Origin: an uncultured Gemmatimonadales bacterium
GTDB taxonomy: Bacteria > Gemmatimonadota > Gemmatimonadetes > Gemmatimonadales > GWC2-71-9
Assembly (NCBI GenBank): GCA_963831425.1
Contig: CAWHQC010000031.1
Location: 330,199 to 394,198 of the forward strand
Length of the DNA stretch: 64,000 nt
Reading direction: 5' to 3'
This document shows, piece after piece, positions 47,078 to 56,675 of the stretch; position 1 is the first letter of the stretch, and each line of letters starts with the position of its first letter. A model generated the notes under the pieces. It searched no databases. It worked only from the letters and a program-made list of their open reading frames with translations, and was not told the origin of the DNA. The translations under genes and the position numbers were made by a program.

Positions 47078-48673
47078 CCGTTCGTCCGCCAGCTCCAGCC
47101 GGTTCCGCGCGTAGCCGCCGCGCTGTTCGATCCGCCGGAGCTCGCGGGCGATGTCGTCCGGGAGCGCGAGGGCATGGTCGCCCACCTTGAGGCGGCTCAC
47201 GGGCGGCTCGCCGGAAGGAAGAATAACGCCGGGGTTGAGGATGCCGAGCGGGTCGAAGGCGCGCTTGAGGCTTTCGAAGAGCCGGAGGATCTCCGACCCG
47301 TAGATCCGCGAGAGGAGCCCGGCCCGGAGTCGGCCATCGCCGTGCTCGCCCGATGGCGTGCCGCCGAGCCGGACCAGCGCGTCGGTCACCACGTCGAGCA
47401 GCCCGGCCACGGCTTCCTCCCACCCCGCGCGGCCGACTTCGGGCAGCAGGTTCACGTGGACGTGGCCGTCGCCCGCGTGACCGAAGATCACCACCGCGAG
47501 CTCCCGCGCCGCCGCCGCCTCGCGAATGGCCCGGATGTACTCGCCCATCCGCGGCAGCGGCACGCAGCCGTCCTCGATGACCTGAAGGGAGCGGCGCGTC
47601 TCGGGCAGACCCGCCAGGATCGGGCTCGCCGCGTGGCGCAGCGCCCAGAGGCGCTCGGCCGCCGCCGGGGTGAGCCCGGTGTCCACGCTCGTGGCCCAGG
47701 GCGCCACCGCGCGCGCCGCCCGCTGGGCCGCTGAGCGGGCGGCGGCAGGGTCATCCCGCTCCAGCTCGACCAGCAGCACCGCCTCCGCGCCAGTCTCGCC
47801 GACCAGCTCGAGGAAGGTGCGGTCGAGCAGCTCGACGGCGGAGGGCTCGTGCTCCAGCAGCGCGGCCACGGCCTCGCCCAGCACATCGAGCGTCGGGAGC
47901 GCCACGCGGAGCCCCGCCCGCGCCGCGGGCAGCGGATCGAGCCGCCACTCCGCCGCGGTGACGAAGCCGAGTGTTCCTTCGGCGCCGATCACGAGGTCGA
48001 CCAGGTCGCCCGATGCGAGCCAGGCGTCCAGCGCGTAACCCGAGGCGTTCTTGCGGGTGCGCGGGAACCGGGCGCGCACGAGCTCGGCGGCCGCGCGGAT
48101 CGCCGGCGCGGCGTCCGCCTCGAACCGCCCGAGGGCGAGCACGCGGGGCTCGGCCGGCCGGCCGCGCCGGAGCTCGGTCACCTGGCCATCAGCGGTGACG
48201 AGCTCCACCGCCTCAACCCAAGCGCGAACGCTGCCGTACCGCACCGTGCGCGCACCCGCCGCGTTGGTGGAGAGCATGCCGCCGAGCGTGGCCCAGCGGC
48301 CGCTCGAGGGATCGGGCGGCAGGCGCAGTCCCGCGCGATCCGCGGCGATGTTGAGCTCCGCCAGGGTGACGCTCGCACCGGCCCGCGCGCGGCGAGCCGG
48401 CCCGTCCACCTCCAGCCGCCGCGGCAGGGCGGTGAGGTCGACCACGATGCCGTCTCCCACGTTGCCGCCGCCCATCGCGCTGCCGGCGCCGCGCGGCACG
48501 AGGGCTACGCGGTGCGCCGAGGCCCAGTGGGCGAGCGAGGCGACGTCTTCGCGGTCCCGCGGCACGCACACCGCCGCCGGCAGGATCCGGAAGATCCCGG
48601 CGCCTTCGGCGTAGGCGGCACGCGCGCGATGGTCGGTTCGGAAGAGGCCCCGGATCGGCGGGGGAGGCAGCAT
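47054..48673 (-). CDS. FAD-binding oxidoreductase (GlcD / FAD-linked oxidase family)
   Basis: Starts at ATG 48673. FAD-binding PCMH-type region (LVPRGAGSAMGGG) and C-terminal GTPSGEHGDG. Confidence 0.8.
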   Translation of the reverse strand: MLPPPPIRGLFRTDHRARAAYAEGAGIFRILPAAVCVPRDREDVASLAHWASAHRVALVPRGAGSAMGGGNVGDGIVVDLTALPRRLEVDGPARRARAGASVTLAELNIAADRAGLRLPPDPSSGRWATLGGMLSTNAAGARTVRYGSVRAWVEAVELVTADGQVTELRRGRPAEPRVLALGRFEADAAPAIRAAAELVRARFPRTRKNASGYALDAWLASGDLVDLVIGAEGTLGFVTAAEWRLDPLPAARAGLRVALPTLDVLGEAVAALLEHEPSAVELLDRTFLELVGETGAEAVLLVELERDDPAAARSAAQRAARAVAPWATSVDTGLTPAAAERLWALRHAASPILAGLPETRRSLQVIEDGCVPLPRMGEYIRAIREAAAARELAVVIFGHAGDGHVHVNLLPEVGRAGWEEAVAGLLDVVTDALVRLGGTPSGEHGDGRLRAGLLSRIYGSEILRLFESLKRAFDPLGILNPGVILPSGEPPVSRLKVGDHALALPDDIARELRRIEQRGGYARNRLELADERTVVSRES

Positions 48674-48701
48674 GGGCCAAAGGTAACTATCTTGTGCCGG
48701 T

Positions 48702-49496
48702 ATGTCGGACAGCTCCCGCGCGCAGCTCATCCACATCGACGTGGACCGCCGGCTCGGCCATGAGTGGGACGAGTGGGACGGTCGGCCGCTGCCGAACCAC
48801 GGGAACTACGACTCCGCTCCGTCACTCTTCTTTCTCTGGTCCGCGCTGGCGATCGTGCTCGGCCTGGGCGTGGTCGCGGCCGGGCTCTTTCTTTTCGCTC
48901 CCCGTCTTGCGGGCCTGGCTCCCTGGCTTCCGCGCTCGCTCTGGATGGCGCTCCTCGCGCTGGCGATCGTGCTCGTCGCCTGGTGGGGCGTGCTCCTCCT
49001 TTCATACGCGTCCGGCCGAGCGCTGCTGCCCGAGCGCCTCGCCGAGCGCGGGCCTTTGCTTCGGCTGATGCGGCTCACGTCGCGGGTCGCGGGGCGGTTC
49101 GGCCGCAGGGACTGGGTCGAGAACGCATCCGTGAAGGTGTACAACACCCTGGCGCTGCTCCGCGGGCGGAAGGTCGGCAAGGGCGAGCTGCTGCTGCTGA
49201 TCCCCCGCTGCCTCTCGAAGGACACGCTGGACGGCGTGCTGGGGATCGCTGGCAAGTACGGTGTCCCTGTGTTCGTAGCCACGCGCGGACAGCTCGCGCG
49301 CCGGGTGATCCGGGAGCGCCGGCCGCGCGCGGTCGTGGCGGTGGCATGTGAGCGGGACATGGTGAGCGGGTTGCACGACGTGGCGGGGAAGATTCCCGTC
49401 CTCGGCCTCACGATGACGCTGCCCTCGGGCCCCTGCAAGGACGCGGTGCTGAATCTCGGGAAGCTCGAGGAGTGGGTGCAAGCGTACGTGATCTGA
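48702..49496 (+). CDS. DUF116-like membrane protein
   Basis: N-terminal TM pair. The C-terminal region has LLLLIPRCL and AVACERDMVSG, as I recall for DUF116. Confidence 0.5.
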   Translation: MSDSSRAQLIHIDVDRRLGHEWDEWDGRPLPNHGNYDSAPSLFFLWSALAIVLGLGVVAAGLFLFAPRLAGLAPWLPRSLWMALLALAIVLVAWWGVLLLSYASGRALLPERLAERGPLLRLMRLTSRVAGRFGRRDWVENASVKVYNTLALLRGRKVGKGELLLLIPRCLSKDTLDGVLGIAGKYGVPVFVATRGQLARRVIRERRPRAVVAVACERDMVSGLHDVAGKIPVLGLTMTLPSGPCKDAVLNLGKLEEWVQAYVI

Positions 49497-49507
49497 CGCG
49501 ACTCGCT

Positions 49508-50089
49508 TCAGGGCACCTCCTGCTCCGTCGGAGGCGCCTCATCCGCGGGTGACTCCTCTTCCGGCGGCCCGGCGGACTCCCCGTCCGCTTCCGGCGCCGC
49601 GCGTGGCTCCGTCGACGGGGCCGGCGGGCCGCCGTACTGCTTCACGAGACTCGCCAGCGCCGCCCGCATCTTGACCGCCACCGGATGGTCCCGCGGTACC
49701 TGGCGATCCAGCTCGCGGTCCGGGAGCGACGGGTCGGCCACCGGCCGGTATGTGGTCTCGAGGGTGATCTTGCTGAACCCCGGACGGCTGGGGTCGGCCC
49801 ACGCGAGGACGCGTACCACGCCGGAGCCAACACGCCGGTGGCTGGTGCGCCTGCCGGTGGCCGTGTCGAACCAACTGGTCTCGAGCCACGCGTCGCGCAG
49901 CTCGACACGGGCCGGCCGGATCGAGTCCCGCTGGAGCGCCGCGGCCAGGAGGCGGGTCGCCTCCCGCGGCACCAGGCGGACTTCGGTGGTGGCGGCCTCC
50001 GGCACCGGCGGATAGGGCGGCCGGGTGGTCAGCGGCTGACAGGCCAGGAGCCCGGTCGCGACCAACCACCCCGCGACGGCGACACGCAT
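49508..50089 (-). CDS. Hypothetical lipoprotein with an acidic Pro-rich tail
   Basis: Starts at ATG 50089 with the MRVAVAGWLVATGLLAC lipobox. No family recognised. Confidence 0.55.
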   Translation of the reverse strand: MRVAVAGWLVATGLLACQPLTTRPPYPPVPEAATTEVRLVPREATRLLAAALQRDSIRPARVELRDAWLETSWFDTATGRRTSHRRVGSGVVRVLAWADPSRPGFSKITLETTYRPVADPSLPDRELDRQVPRDHPVAVKMRAALASLVKQYGGPPAPSTEPRAAPEADGESAGPPEEESPADEAPPTEQEVP

Positions 50090-50093
50090 GGCG

Positions 50094-50711
50094 TCAGTCC
50101 TGGTGCGGCGGTGTGCCGGGCGCGTGCGTGTGGCTGTGAGGAGCGGGCGCGGAATCGGGCGCCATGGTCGACTCGCTCGGCGTCGGCGCGGCGTGATCGT
50201 GGTCCGGCTCGTCTGCGTCGCCTCCGTGGTGATGATGGCCCTCCGCTCGCTCGTGCATCTCCTCCTGCAGCACCTGCGTTGGGATCCCCGCCGCATGCTC
50301 GAAAACCATGCGCCCTCCCAGCGCCGCCGTCGCGATGAGGACGCCCAGTCCGACCAGTGAGAGTGCGAGCGTCACGCCGCGCTCGGCACCACCCATCCGC
50401 TTCTCCCGGAACACCCGCCAGAGTGCCAGCACCGCGAAGATGCCCAGCGTGGTCAGCGCAAGCGTCTCGTGGGTCTCCATGATCCGGTGCACCGCCTCGC
50501 CGTGCGCGATGTGCTCCTCAGCCTGCAGCCCGGAGACGACCGCGAGGACCCCGCCGACCGCGCCGGCCAGCATCGTGGCGAACCCGATGACCCGAAGCGC
50601 GGGACGGCGCGCCAGGGCGCTCGCCAGGTCGAACAACACCGCCACCAGGAGCAGCGCGGCGGGCAGGTCGTTCAGCGCCGCGTGCAGCCGCGGCCAGTCG
50701 TAGCCGAACAT
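50094..50711 (-). CDS. DUF2231 membrane protein with a His-rich C-terminal tail
   Basis: Four TM segments. The tail is HERAEGHHHHGGDADEPDHDH...HSHTH. Confidence 0.6.
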   Translation of the reverse strand: MFGYDWPRLHAALNDLPAALLLVAVLFDLASALARRPALRVIGFATMLAGAVGGVLAVVSGLQAEEHIAHGEAVHRIMETHETLALTTLGIFAVLALWRVFREKRMGGAERGVTLALSLVGLGVLIATAALGGRMVFEHAAGIPTQVLQEEMHERAEGHHHHGGDADEPDHDHAAPTPSESTMAPDSAPAPHSHTHAPGTPPHQD

Positions 50712-50720
50712 CGGGTCTCC

Positions 50721-51623
50721 TCAGAGGCCGGGGTCGATGGGAACCGGGGGGTCGGACGCATAATCATAAAACCCCCGGCCCGATTTCCGGCCATAAAACC
50801 CGGCTGCCACCAGGCGCCTGAGGAGCGGCGGTGGGGCGTAGCGTGCCTCGCGGTACTCGTCGAACATGATCTCCGCGATCCGAGTCACGGTGTCGAGCCC
50901 CACGAAGTCCAGCAGGAGCAGCGGGCCCATCGGATGGCCGCAGCCGAGATGCATGCCCCGGTCGATGTCGGGCACGGAGGCTACGCCCTGCTCCAGTGCG
51001 CGCACGGCGTCCAGCAGAAACGGCACCAGCAGCCGGTTGACCACGAACCCGGAGCGATCACGCGCCGCGATCGGCTCCTTCCCGAGCCGGCGCGCGAACC
51101 CCAGAGCGCGCTCGAACACTTCGGGCGAGGTGGTGACCGCGCGCACGACCTCCACCAGGGGCATGAGCGGCACCGGGTTGAAGAAATGGAGGCCGACGAA
51201 GCGGTCGGGCCGCCGGGTAGCGGCCGCCATGGCGCCGATCGAGAGGCTCGAGGTGTTGGACGCGAAGATCGTATCGGCGGGGCAGAGGTCGTCCAGGGCG
51301 CGCCAGAGCTCGTTCTTGAGTCCGAGGTCCTCGGTGATCGCCTCGATGATCAGGTCGCACTCGGCGAGGGCGCCAAGCTCGGTGGTGAAGGTGAGCCGCT
51401 CGAGGGCGCTCCGGCTCGACGCGGGGTCGAGTTTGCCCTTTTCGACCAGCTTGCCCAACGACCGCTGAATCGCGCCCTCGCCCTGGGCGAGGAGCCCGTC
51501 TTCGACGTCGCGCACCAGCGTGCTGAATCCGGCCGTCGCGGCGGCCTGGGCGATGCCGCTGCCCATCAGTCCGCAGCCCAGGACGCCTACGCGGGAGATT
51601 TCCGGCACGAGTTGGCTCTCCAT
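50721..51623 (-). CDS. hbd: 3-hydroxybutyryl-CoA / 3-hydroxyacyl-CoA dehydrogenase
   Basis: VLGCGLMGSGIA Rossmann motif, NTSSLSI, HFFNPVPLMPLVE and GFVVNRLL. Confidence 0.9.
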   Translation of the reverse strand: MESQLVPEISRVGVLGCGLMGSGIAQAAATAGFSTLVRDVEDGLLAQGEGAIQRSLGKLVEKGKLDPASSRSALERLTFTTELGALAECDLIIEAITEDLGLKNELWRALDDLCPADTIFASNTSSLSIGAMAAATRRPDRFVGLHFFNPVPLMPLVEVVRAVTTSPEVFERALGFARRLGKEPIAARDRSGFVVNRLLVPFLLDAVRALEQGVASVPDIDRGMHLGCGHPMGPLLLLDFVGLDTVTRIAEIMFDEYREARYAPPPLLRRLVAAGFYGRKSGRGFYDYASDPPVPIDPGL

Positions 51624-51650
51624 TGCCGCCGGCGCGGCGGCGGTAACCGG

Positions 51651-52478
51651 CTACCGGAGCGACCGACGGATCTCCTCCGCCAGCATGCCGATCAGTCCCG
51701 TCCGCCGCGGCAGCCGGCGCTCGGCCGGTGGCCCGCCCTGCTCGAGCTGGTCGAGCGCGCGCTCGAGGCCGAGCTGGATTCTGGCCAGCGCCGGCCGATA
51801 CTGGCGCGCCATTCCGTATCCCAGCCCCATCGCGACCGGGATGGGGATCAGCATCACGGGCAGGAGCGCGCCCAGTACCGCCATCAGGCCGGCGCCCAGC
51901 ACGCCCGCCCCCGCGAGCGCGGCCCCGCCCCCGACGTACTCCGCCCGCGCCCGGCGCGCCTCCGCCACGAGCGTCACGTGACACCACCCCGGCTCGAGCG
52001 CGAGGATCGTCGCCGACACCGTGTCCGATCGCGCGAGCATCATCGCCGCACTGCCCCGGTTGAAGGCCGCGGCGGAGCGGCGGAGCGCGGCGGCCATGCC
52101 GCCGAGCGGTTCCCAGGTGATCCGGCCGGGCTGACGGCGCTGCACGCAGAGCAGCTCCTTCTCCTCCATCCACGCCGCCAGCGCACGCTCGACCTCCGCG
52201 ACCGTTCCCGGGACGGCACGCTGGGCGGTGACGCGCGCGGGGCCCGCGATCCGCTCCCACGCTCCCGCCGGCTGGACCGTCACCAGTCGCGTGCGCTCCT
52301 CCAGCATTGCCTGCTGCAGGTAGCGTCCTGGAATCCCGACCTCGCGGCCGAGCGCCAGCACCTGGTCGGGGGTCAGCTCCTCGCCCGGGCCGTGCTCCGC
52401 CGTCTGCAGTTCGGCCGCCCGCTGGATGATCCGCTCGAGCGCCGCCCGATCAACCCGGGCCGGGGTGCCGTCGCTCAT
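51651..52478 (-). CDS. Hypothetical membrane protein (275 aa)
   Basis: ORF track entry. Soluble N-terminal part followed by Gly/Ala-rich TM segments. ATG 52478 abuts the SPFH stop. Confidence 0.5.
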   Translation of the reverse strand: MSDGTPARVDRAALERIIQRAAELQTAEHGPGEELTPDQVLALGREVGIPGRYLQQAMLEERTRLVTVQPAGAWERIAGPARVTAQRAVPGTVAEVERALAAWMEEKELLCVQRRQPGRITWEPLGGMAAALRRSAAAFNRGSAAMMLARSDTVSATILALEPGWCHVTLVAEARRARAEYVGGGAALAGAGVLGAGLMAVLGALLPVMLIPIPVAMGLGYGMARQYRPALARIQLGLERALDQLEQGGPPAERRLPRRTGLIGMLAEEIRRSLR

Positions 52479-52479
52479 G

Positions 52480-53352
52480 CTATTCCTGCGGGGGCGTCCG
52501 GGCCGCGTTCAGCCGGAGCGAGGACATGAGGGCGGAGAGATCGGCCGCGGGAAGCGCGGTGCCGGGTGCCTCCGCCTCGAGTGCCACGGCTGGCCGGGCC
52601 GACTGAGCTTGCGCTTGCGCCTGCAGGAAGGGCCGGAACAGCTCGATCGGGATCGGGAAGATCGTCGTGGAATTGTTCTCCGCCGCGATCTCGGTGACCG
52701 TCTGGAGATAGCGGAGCTGGATCGCGCTCGGCTCGGTGGCAAGGTTCCGGGCGGCCTCCGCCAGCGTCTCCGACGCCTGGAGCTCACCCTGCGCCGCGAT
52801 GACCTTGGCCCGGCGCTCGCGCTCCGCCTCGGCCTGGCGGGCCATGGCCCGTTTCATCTGGTCGGGAAGGTCCACGTCCTTGACCTCGACCGCGGAAACC
52901 TCGATGCCCCAGGCCTCGGTCCGCTCGTCGATGATCTTCTTGAGCACCGCGTTGATCTTTTCACGATCGGACAGCAGCTCGTCGAGCTCCACCTCGCCCA
53001 GCACCGAGCGGAGCGTCGTCTGGGCGAGCTGGCTGGTGGCGTACATGTAGTCTTCGATTTCGATGATGGCCTTGGCCGGGTCCGATACCCGCATGTAGAG
53101 CACGGCATTGACCTTGACCGAGACGTTGTCGCGGGTGATCACGTCCTGCGGCGGGATGTCCAGCGCCATGATGCGGAGCGAGACGCGCTTCTGCGCGGCG
53201 AAGCCGGCGGGCAGGAAAATCATTCCCGGCCCCTTGGTGCCCCAGTAGCGGCCGAGAAAGAAGGCCACCGCGCGCTCGTACTGCCGGATGACGCGCAGGC
53301 TCGCGAACGAGTAGAGGACGGCAGCAAGCAGGAGTGGCAGCAGCAGGTCCAT
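52480..53352 (-). CDS. SPFH/band 7 (stomatin-like, slipin) protein
   Basis: Starts at ATG 53352. N-terminal TM segment, then [19 protein letters not shown] and [18 protein letters not shown]. Confidence 0.85.
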   Translation of the reverse strand: MDLLLPLLLAAVLYSFASLRVIRQYERAVAFFLGRYWGTKGPGMIFLPAGFAAQKRVSLRIMALDIPPQDVITRDNVSVKVNAVLYMRVSDPAKAIIEIEDYMYATSQLAQTTLRSVLGEVELDELLSDREKINAVLKKIIDERTEAWGIEVSAVEVKDVDLPDQMKRAMARQAEAERERRAKVIAAQGELQASETLAEAARNLATEPSAIQLRYLQTVTEIAAENNSTTIFPIPIELFRPFLQAQAQAQSARPAVALEAEAPGTALPAADLSALMSSLRLNAARTPPQE

Positions 53353-53376
53353 GATTCGTTCCTCGATTCGTTCCTC
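53353..53376. repeat. 12-bp tandem duplication (GATTCGTTCCTC x2) carrying the SPFH Shine-Dalgarno sequence
   Basis: On the minus strand this reads GAGGAACGAATC GAGGAACGAATC, followed by ATG. Confidence 0.85.
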
Positions 53377-54585
53377 AGGCGGGCAGGGCTTCGACCACGA
53401 CGGCCGCACCCTGCCCACCGCCGATGCAGGCGGCGCCCAGGCCGTACCGGGCGCCGCGGCGGCGCAGGGCGGAGAGCAGGTGCAGGGTGAGGCGCGCGCC
53501 GGTCGCGCCGAGTGGGTGGCCCAGCGCCACGGCCCCGCCATCCACGTTGGTACGCTCGCGGTCGAGCCCCAGCTCCTGTTCCACCGCCAGGTACTGAGCG
53601 GCGAAGGCTTCGTTGATCTCGACCAGGTCCATGTCGGCCAGCGTGAGCCCCGCGGAGGCCAGCGCCCGGCGCGAGGCGGGGACGGGCCCGATGCCCATGA
53701 TCGCCGGGTCCACGCCGGCGATGCCCCACGCGACCAGCCGACCGATCGGCCGAAGCCCGCGCTCCCGCGCGAAAGTCTCACTCGCCACCACGAGCGCGCC
53801 CGCGCCGTCGCAGATTCCCGACGCGTTCCCGGCCGTGACGACGCCATCCTTCCGGAAATAGGGCGGCAGCTTGGCCAGCGCCTCGACCGTGGTGTCCGGA
53901 CGCATGTGCTCGTCCGCCGCCCATGCCACCTCCTGGCGGGTCTTCCGGTCCTTGAGCGTGACCGGGACGATCTCGTCGGCGAACGCCCCTGCATCCCACC
54001 CGGCCTTCGCGCGCATCTGGCTCCCGGCGGCATAGCAGTCCACCGCCTCGCGACCGATCCCGTGCTCCTCGGCCAGCCGTTCCGCCGTCTCGGCCATCGA
54101 GAGCCCGCAGTGGGAATCGCGCAGCGCCTCCCACAGGCTGTCCTCGAGCGGAGCCGCCGGCCCGAGCCTGAGTCCCCAGCGCGCACCGCGCACCACGTGC
54201 GGCGCCTGGCTCATCGACTCCGTACCCCCGGCGAGCACCACGCGCGATTCGCCGAGCAGGATCTGCCGCGCACCCTGGATGACGGCTTCGAACCCCGAGC
54301 CGCACAGCCGGTTGACGGTGACCGCGGGCGTCCCGGCCGGCAGCCCGGCGCGCAGTCCGATGTGGCGGGCGAGGTACGGGGCGTCAGCGCTGGTCTGGAG
54401 GACGTTGCCGAAGACGACGTGGTCGACCGCCGCGGGCTCGAGCCCCGAGCGCTCGAGCGCGGCCCGCGCGACGGTCGCGCCAAGATCAGTCGCGGACAGA
54501 TCCCTCAGCGCCCCCCGAATGCGCCAAAGCCGGTGCGCGCGCCCGAGAGGAAGACGACGTCGAGGTCGCGGCCGGCCGAGGTCAC
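53375..54585 (-). pseudogene. Acetyl-CoA C-acetyltransferase (thiolase II); one homopolymer frameshift as assembled
   Basis: Active-site blocks are [28 protein letters not shown] and CIGGGQG. The N-terminus (GTG 54585, DVVFLSGARTGFGAFGG) is in another frame. The switch is at the C6/G6 run 54511-54516. Confidence 0.9.
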
Positions 54586-54718
54586 GCGGGGGAACTCCGG
54601 GAGGGGGGACGGGTGCGGCACATTCTGTGGTGAATATGCCCGCGCCGCAGACGCACTTCAAGGAAACCGAGCTCCCGGCAGTGGCCTGGCCATTACCGAG
54701 CTCCCCGTCGGCTTGACC

Positions 54719-55981
54719 TCAGATGACCGTGCCGCTCATGACGACGGCGTTCTTGGGGATGATGACGATCCCGTCGCGGACGTAGTAGTTGGGACCGTCG
54801 AGATAGGCCGGCTTGTCGTAGGGCGTGATGCGGACCTCGTCGCCGATCCGGGCGTTCTTGTCCACGATGGTGCGCTCGATCCAGGTGCCGTGACCGATCC
54901 CCATCATCGGCGCCCCAGGCACCGGCACCCGCTCCGGGCTGTCGTAGTAGTCCTGGCCCATGATGAGGCTGTCGCGGATCGTGGCCCCGGCCTGGATCCG
55001 GCTGCGGATGCCGAGGAGCGAGTGGTCGATGAGGGCGTCGTTGATGATGCAGCCGTCGGCGATGACCGAGCGTTCGATCTGGCACTTGATGATTTTCGTC
55101 GCCGGGAGATAGCGCGCGTGGGTGAAGATCGGCGCGCTCGAGTCATAGAAGTTGAACCGCGGCAACGGCTCGCAGAGCTCGAGGTTGGCTTCGTAGAAGG
55201 CGCGGATCGTCCCGATGTCCTCCCAGTAGCCCTCGTGGGGAAAGGCGTGCACCCGCCCGGTCTGGATGAGTCGGGGGATGACGTGCTTCCCGAAGTCGAC
55301 CTCGCTCCCGGCCAGCGCGTCGGCCAGCATGTCCCGGTCGAAGACGTAGATCCCCATCGAGGCCGGGAGCGCGTCGGGATAGCCGCGCAGCGTGGCCTGC
55401 ACAGCCGGATCCTTCGGCTTCTCCACGAATCGCGTGATCCGACCACCCTCTTCCACCTCCATGATCCCGAACGCGCCCGCCACCTCGGCGCGCACCGGCG
55501 TGGTCGCCACGGTCACGGCGGCCCCGCTCGCGACGTGGCGCTGAAGCAGTGCCCGGCAGTCCAGCCGGAAGAGCTGGTCGCCCGAGAGGATGAGCACCAG
55601 GCGGTGGGGATAGGAGTTGAGGTGGATCAGGTTCTGCCGCACGGCGTCGGCGGTGCCCTGATACCAGTCGGTGCGGCCTGGCCGCTGCTCGGCGGCGAGG
55701 ATCTCCACGAACCCGGCGGAGAAGGTGTCGAACCGGTAGCTCTCCTGGATGTGCCGATGCAGCGAGCCGCTGTTGAACTGGGTGAGCAGGAAGATCCGGC
55801 GGAGGTCGGAGTTGAGGCAGTTGCTGATGGGGATGTCCACCAGCCGGTATTTCCCGGCGAGCGGGACGGCGGGCTTGGCGCGGTCCTTCGTCAGCGGGAA
55901 GAGTCGCGTTCCCGCGCCGCCGCCCATGATGACCGCGAGCACGTCCTGCGGCCGCAGCGTGGCATCCCAGGGCATGGCCAC
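54719..55981 (-). CDS. glgC: Glucose-1-phosphate adenylyltransferase
   Basis: GGGAGTRLFPLT, KPAVP, WYQGTADA and a left-handed beta-helix C-terminus. Confidence 0.9.
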   Translation of the reverse strand: MAMPWDATLRPQDVLAVIMGGGAGTRLFPLTKDRAKPAVPLAGKYRLVDIPISNCLNSDLRRIFLLTQFNSGSLHRHIQESYRFDTFSAGFVEILAAEQRPGRTDWYQGTADAVRQNLIHLNSYPHRLVLILSGDQLFRLDCRALLQRHVASGAAVTVATTPVRAEVAGAFGIMEVEEGGRITRFVEKPKDPAVQATLRGYPDALPASMGIYVFDRDMLADALAGSEVDFGKHVIPRLIQTGRVHAFPHEGYWEDIGTIRAFYEANLELCEPLPRFNFYDSSAPIFTHARYLPATKIIKCQIERSVIADGCIINDALIDHSLLGIRSRIQAGATIRDSLIMGQDYYDSPERVPVPGAPMMGIGHGTWIERTIVDKNARIGDEVRITPYDKPAYLDGPNYYVRDGIVIIPKNAVVMSGTVI

Positions 55982-55984
55982 CTC

Positions 55985-56653
55985 CTACCGGCCGTCCAGC
56001 GCCGTCCCGCAGTTCACGCAGTGGCGCCAGCCGGCTTCCACCTCGCCATGACAACGGGGGCACTCGGGGGGCGTCTGACGCTGCCCGCAGTGGGGGCAGA
56101 ACCGCGCCGGGCGGCCGGCGGGAAGCCCGCCCCCGCAGTGCAGGCACCGCGGCCCCTCGGAAGGTACCTCCTCCGGATCCGCCATGTCGAAATCCATTGC
56201 CGCGTCGATCACGGAGGTTTCGGGCGCGGGAAGGTCGAGCGCCGGTTCGGCGATGCCCGCGAGCGCCGGGGGCGCCGGTGGGGCGTACGGCAGATCGGGA
56301 TCCGGTGCCGGCTCGAGCGCCTGGGCGAGCGGGGCGGACCGTAGGGACACCAGCACATTCTCGTAGTGGTGCAGCACCCCGAGGTCCGGATTGGGATTCC
56401 TGAGCTCCTCGGCGAACCGCGCGCGAACCTCTTCCGGCTCCGTGCGGGCAAAGCCGCCCTCGCCGGCGCACAGACGCAGGAGCACCAGTTCGTAGTCCTC
56501 GCTGCTCTCCAGCCCGAGCGCACGGCGATTTGAGCGGTAGGGGATGATGGACTCGTGGATCGCCTCGAGCGGGAGCGGCTGACGGAGGCGGGCCGGGTCG
56601 GTCGCCGCGAGCGTGGCGACGAGCCGCCGGAAGAGCCGCTCGAGATCGGTCAC
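55985..56653 (-). CDS. Hypothetical protein with a C-terminal double zinc ribbon
   Basis: Starts at GTG 56653. Contains CLHCGG...FCPHCG and CPRCHG...HCVNCG. Confidence 0.55.
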   Translation of the reverse strand: MTDLERLFRRLVATLAATDPARLRQPLPLEAIHESIIPYRSNRRALGLESSEDYELVLLRLCAGEGGFARTEPEEVRARFAEELRNPNPDLGVLHHYENVLVSLRSAPLAQALEPAPDPDLPYAPPAPPALAGIAEPALDLPAPETSVIDAAMDFDMADPEEVPSEGPRCLHCGGGLPAGRPARFCPHCGQRQTPPECPRCHGEVEAGWRHCVNCGTALDGR

Positions 56654-56675
56654 GGGCGAGCCGTCTGGACGGATC

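Noticed and set aside
53351-56344. A 997-aa plus-strand ORF, the largest in the window. Similar long ORFs are 50469..52529 (+), 39761..41932 (+), 8628..9989 (-), 30433..31596 (-) and 41739..43118 (-).
   Set aside because: All lie antisense to, or out of frame with, genes that have clear family motifs (thiolase/glgC, hbd, EF-G, sufD, DHS-like and kamA). All have Arg/Gly/Pro/Ala-dominated low-complexity translations. They are GC-driven stop-codon-free frames, not genes.
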